IMG/VR virus record: IMGVR_UViG_3300013094_000056
Coordinates: 1-57,581 of that record
DNA from: a virus
Lineage: Duplodnaviria; Caudoviricetes
DNA length: 57,581 nucleotides
Reading direction: 5' to 3' (one strand)
Position 1 is the stretch's first letter, and each line of letters starts with the position of its first letter. The position numbers and the translations under genes were made by a program. The notes beneath the pieces were generated by a model, which saw nothing but the letters and a program-made list of their open reading frames with translations, did no database searches and was not told the DNA's origin. Shown here in pieces: positions 55,947 to 57,581 of the stretch.

Positions 55947-56193
55947 TAATTTGTCAGAAAAAGAAATTCGGATCGCAATTCGTCAGGCTTACGAAAAAGG
56001 CGATCACAGCCGCAAGCTCTCGATATTCGATGGCAGTTACATTGAGGAGGCAGACGTAAAACAGATCTGTTTCTTGCTCGGTGATTTTTCTGAAGAGCCC
56101 AATCTTTTCCGAGCTTTGTCTTATGCCGATCAAGAAAGCCTCGCCAAGGCGTTGCAGTTCTGTTCGGAAAAAGGATTCATCGAGCCAGAATAA
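55939..56193 (+). CDS. Hypothetical protein
   Basis: GTG after GGAG. Confidence 0.45.
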   Translation: MFDNLSEKEIRIAIRQAYEKGDHSRKLSIFDGSYIEEADVKQICFLLGDFSEEPNLFRALSYADQESLAKALQFCSEKGFIEPE

Positions 56194-56221
56194 TTGCAAT
56201 CTGCTGTTTTAATTCTGAATT

Positions 56222-56270
56222 AATCTCTTTCCTTTTCCGACAGATCAGCGGAAAAGAACACAGGCATCAA
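56222..56270 (+). promoter_or_regulatory. Degenerate copy of the early promoter motif
   Basis: CTCTTTCCTTTTCCGACAGATCAGCGGAAAAGAA. Confidence 0.45.
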
Positions 56271-56297
56271 GAGATTGCCTACCAAAAGGAAAATGAC

Positions 56298-57449
56298 ATG
56301 AGCGACCTGCATAAATTTCTGCAAGACTGGCTTGATGCTGCGACCGGCAAGATCGAAAAGCCGACATGGTACGACGACGCCAGAGGCCTGTGCGCCTGCG
56401 CGCGGATTTGGGGTCATGCGCGGCCCCGTCCGGGTGCAAGTGCAGAGCTTGAGCATCGCCTAAAGGAGGAGTTTGGGGATGCCTACAACTACCCGTTCGG
56501 CGGGATGCATCGGTTCAACCGGGAGGCTCTTGACGGCACCATACGCCTGAACAAGGAGCGCCTCGAGTGGGTCCGGAAGGTGCTGGCCGAGAAGGCCGAT
56601 AAGGCCGAGCCTGTATGGGGCGCGGCAATCGACGTCGAGGTGGTCCGCGAGCGGCCCGACTGGCTGAAGGCCAGCGACATCTGCGATATCAAGGATCGTG
56701 GTGTGTGGACAGGCGGGTGCGGCAGGTTCAAGGCGTCGGAATGGTTCTGGCACAAGGACGTCACCCAGATCAAACTGCTGGCCGACCACGCCTACTACGC
56801 CGTGCAGGAATACAACAAGGAGCACGGTACGTCGTTCGTGTACTGGGGCGGGCAGGGCGACAAGCCTGATGACTGGGACAGAGTCAGGGTAGTGCTGCGT
56901 AGTGGCGGCACGGTCCGCAGACCGTCCAACTGGAGCCACCCTTGGATGGAAGGAAGTGATGGGGAATTCGACGTCATCGGCTACACGCGCAAGGTGGAAG
57001 AAGCCCGCGATGACCTCAAGGACTTCCTGACCGAGTGGCTCGAGTGCGCAACATCGGATCGACAAAGGCCGCTGTGGTTCGACCGTGGGGTCGGCCTTTG
57101 CCAATGCGCAAGGGATTGGGACGATGCGACGGGGCGTGGTGCCCGCAGACTGCTCAAGGAAAAATTCAAGGAGGAATTTTCGAAGGCGAGCTCTTACCCC
57201 TTTGGCGGAATGGATCGATACTTTGAGGATCGGGCAAATATGTCATCGCACCAGAACCCTGAGCGCCTCGCGTGGGTCCGTAAGACGCTGGGCATTGTTG
57301 AGGATGCTGTCGTCAAACCAGACAGCAGTTTGGTTTTGGACAGGGAAGCGATGGGGCGGATATTGAAGGCTTCCTACGATCTCATACCTTTTGATCAGCT
57401 GATCGATTCTGCCATCGCTCAGTACAAGAAGGAGATTGGTCGTGGCTGA
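56298..57449 (+). CDS. Multi-module hypothetical protein with two FL..WL...GLC...YPFGG...RL.WVR domains
   Basis: 383 aa; internal duplication visible; AAAGGA RBS. Confidence 0.7.
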   Translation: MSDLHKFLQDWLDAATGKIEKPTWYDDARGLCACARIWGHARPRPGASAELEHRLKEEFGDAYNYPFGGMHRFNREALDGTIRLNKERLEWVRKVLAEKADKAEPVWGAAIDVEVVRERPDWLKASDICDIKDRGVWTGGCGRFKASEWFWHKDVTQIKLLADHAYYAVQEYNKEHGTSFVYWGGQGDKPDDWDRVRVVLRSGGTVRRPSNWSHPWMEGSDGEFDVIGYTRKVEEARDDLKDFLTEWLECATSDRQRPLWFDRGVGLCQCARDWDDATGRGARRLLKEKFKEEFSKASSYPFGGMDRYFEDRANMSSHQNPERLAWVRKTLGIVEDAVVKPDSSLVLDREAMGRILKASYDLIPFDQLIDSAIAQYKKEIGRG

Positions 57450-57581
57450 GGATGCAATCCCCCAGTGGGCGCTGCAAGAGGCCGTGAAGCGTCTGAATGA
57501 GGCTATTGGTTGGTCCTGTTATAAGATCAGGAGCTGCGAAACCAAAGTCCTCGCCCGCGTGATCGCGAAGCATGAGAAGCC

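Noticed and set aside
1-57581. Alternative genetic code or stop-codon reassignment
   Set aside because: Core genes (terL, portal, capsid, DnaE, primase, helicase) are intact and tightly packed under the standard code.

Overview
This window is most of a tailed dsDNA bacteriophage genome with a contractile (myovirus-type) tail. The host is probably a Gram-negative proteobacterium: a Rz/Rz1 spanin pair is present, and Alphaproteobacteria is only a guess. No integrase, repressor or CRISPR array was seen. Minus strand, about 35.7 kb down to position 1: NusG-like antiterminator, terminase S/L, a collagen-like fibre, portal, tRNA-Thr, head morphogenesis, putative internal head proteins, a Nudix-DUF2213 protease fusion, scaffold, decoration, capsid, neck, sheath/tube, frameshifted tail chaperone, tape measure, baseplate, tail fibre, lysis cassette, a second collagen-like fibre and an LRR (DUF285/BspA-like) protein cut by the window edge. 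Minus strand, 48.1 to 36.1 kb: SSB-like protein, a nucleotide-metabolism cluster (FAD oxidoreductase, divergent ThyX, two all-alpha NTP-pyrophosphatase-like proteins, HAD phosphatase, SDR), DnaQ-like exonuclease, DnaE-type polymerase, primase-helicase and a resolvase-like nuclease. Plus strand, from 48.3 kb: early cassettes behind a repeated promoter/leader motif, a DenV-like protein, DUF932 and an SNF2 helicase. Four candidates stand out. (1) A possible new DNA base-modification pathway built around a ThyX with altered catalytic and folate-site residues. (2) A possible Asp-cleaved polyprotein/cargo system in the head module, including a Nudix domain. (3) Two homologous ~170-bp palindromic elements bracketing the replication/early region. 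(4) Small beta-rich modules grafted repeatedly into virion proteins. All family assignments come from motif recognition and gene order, not from database searches.
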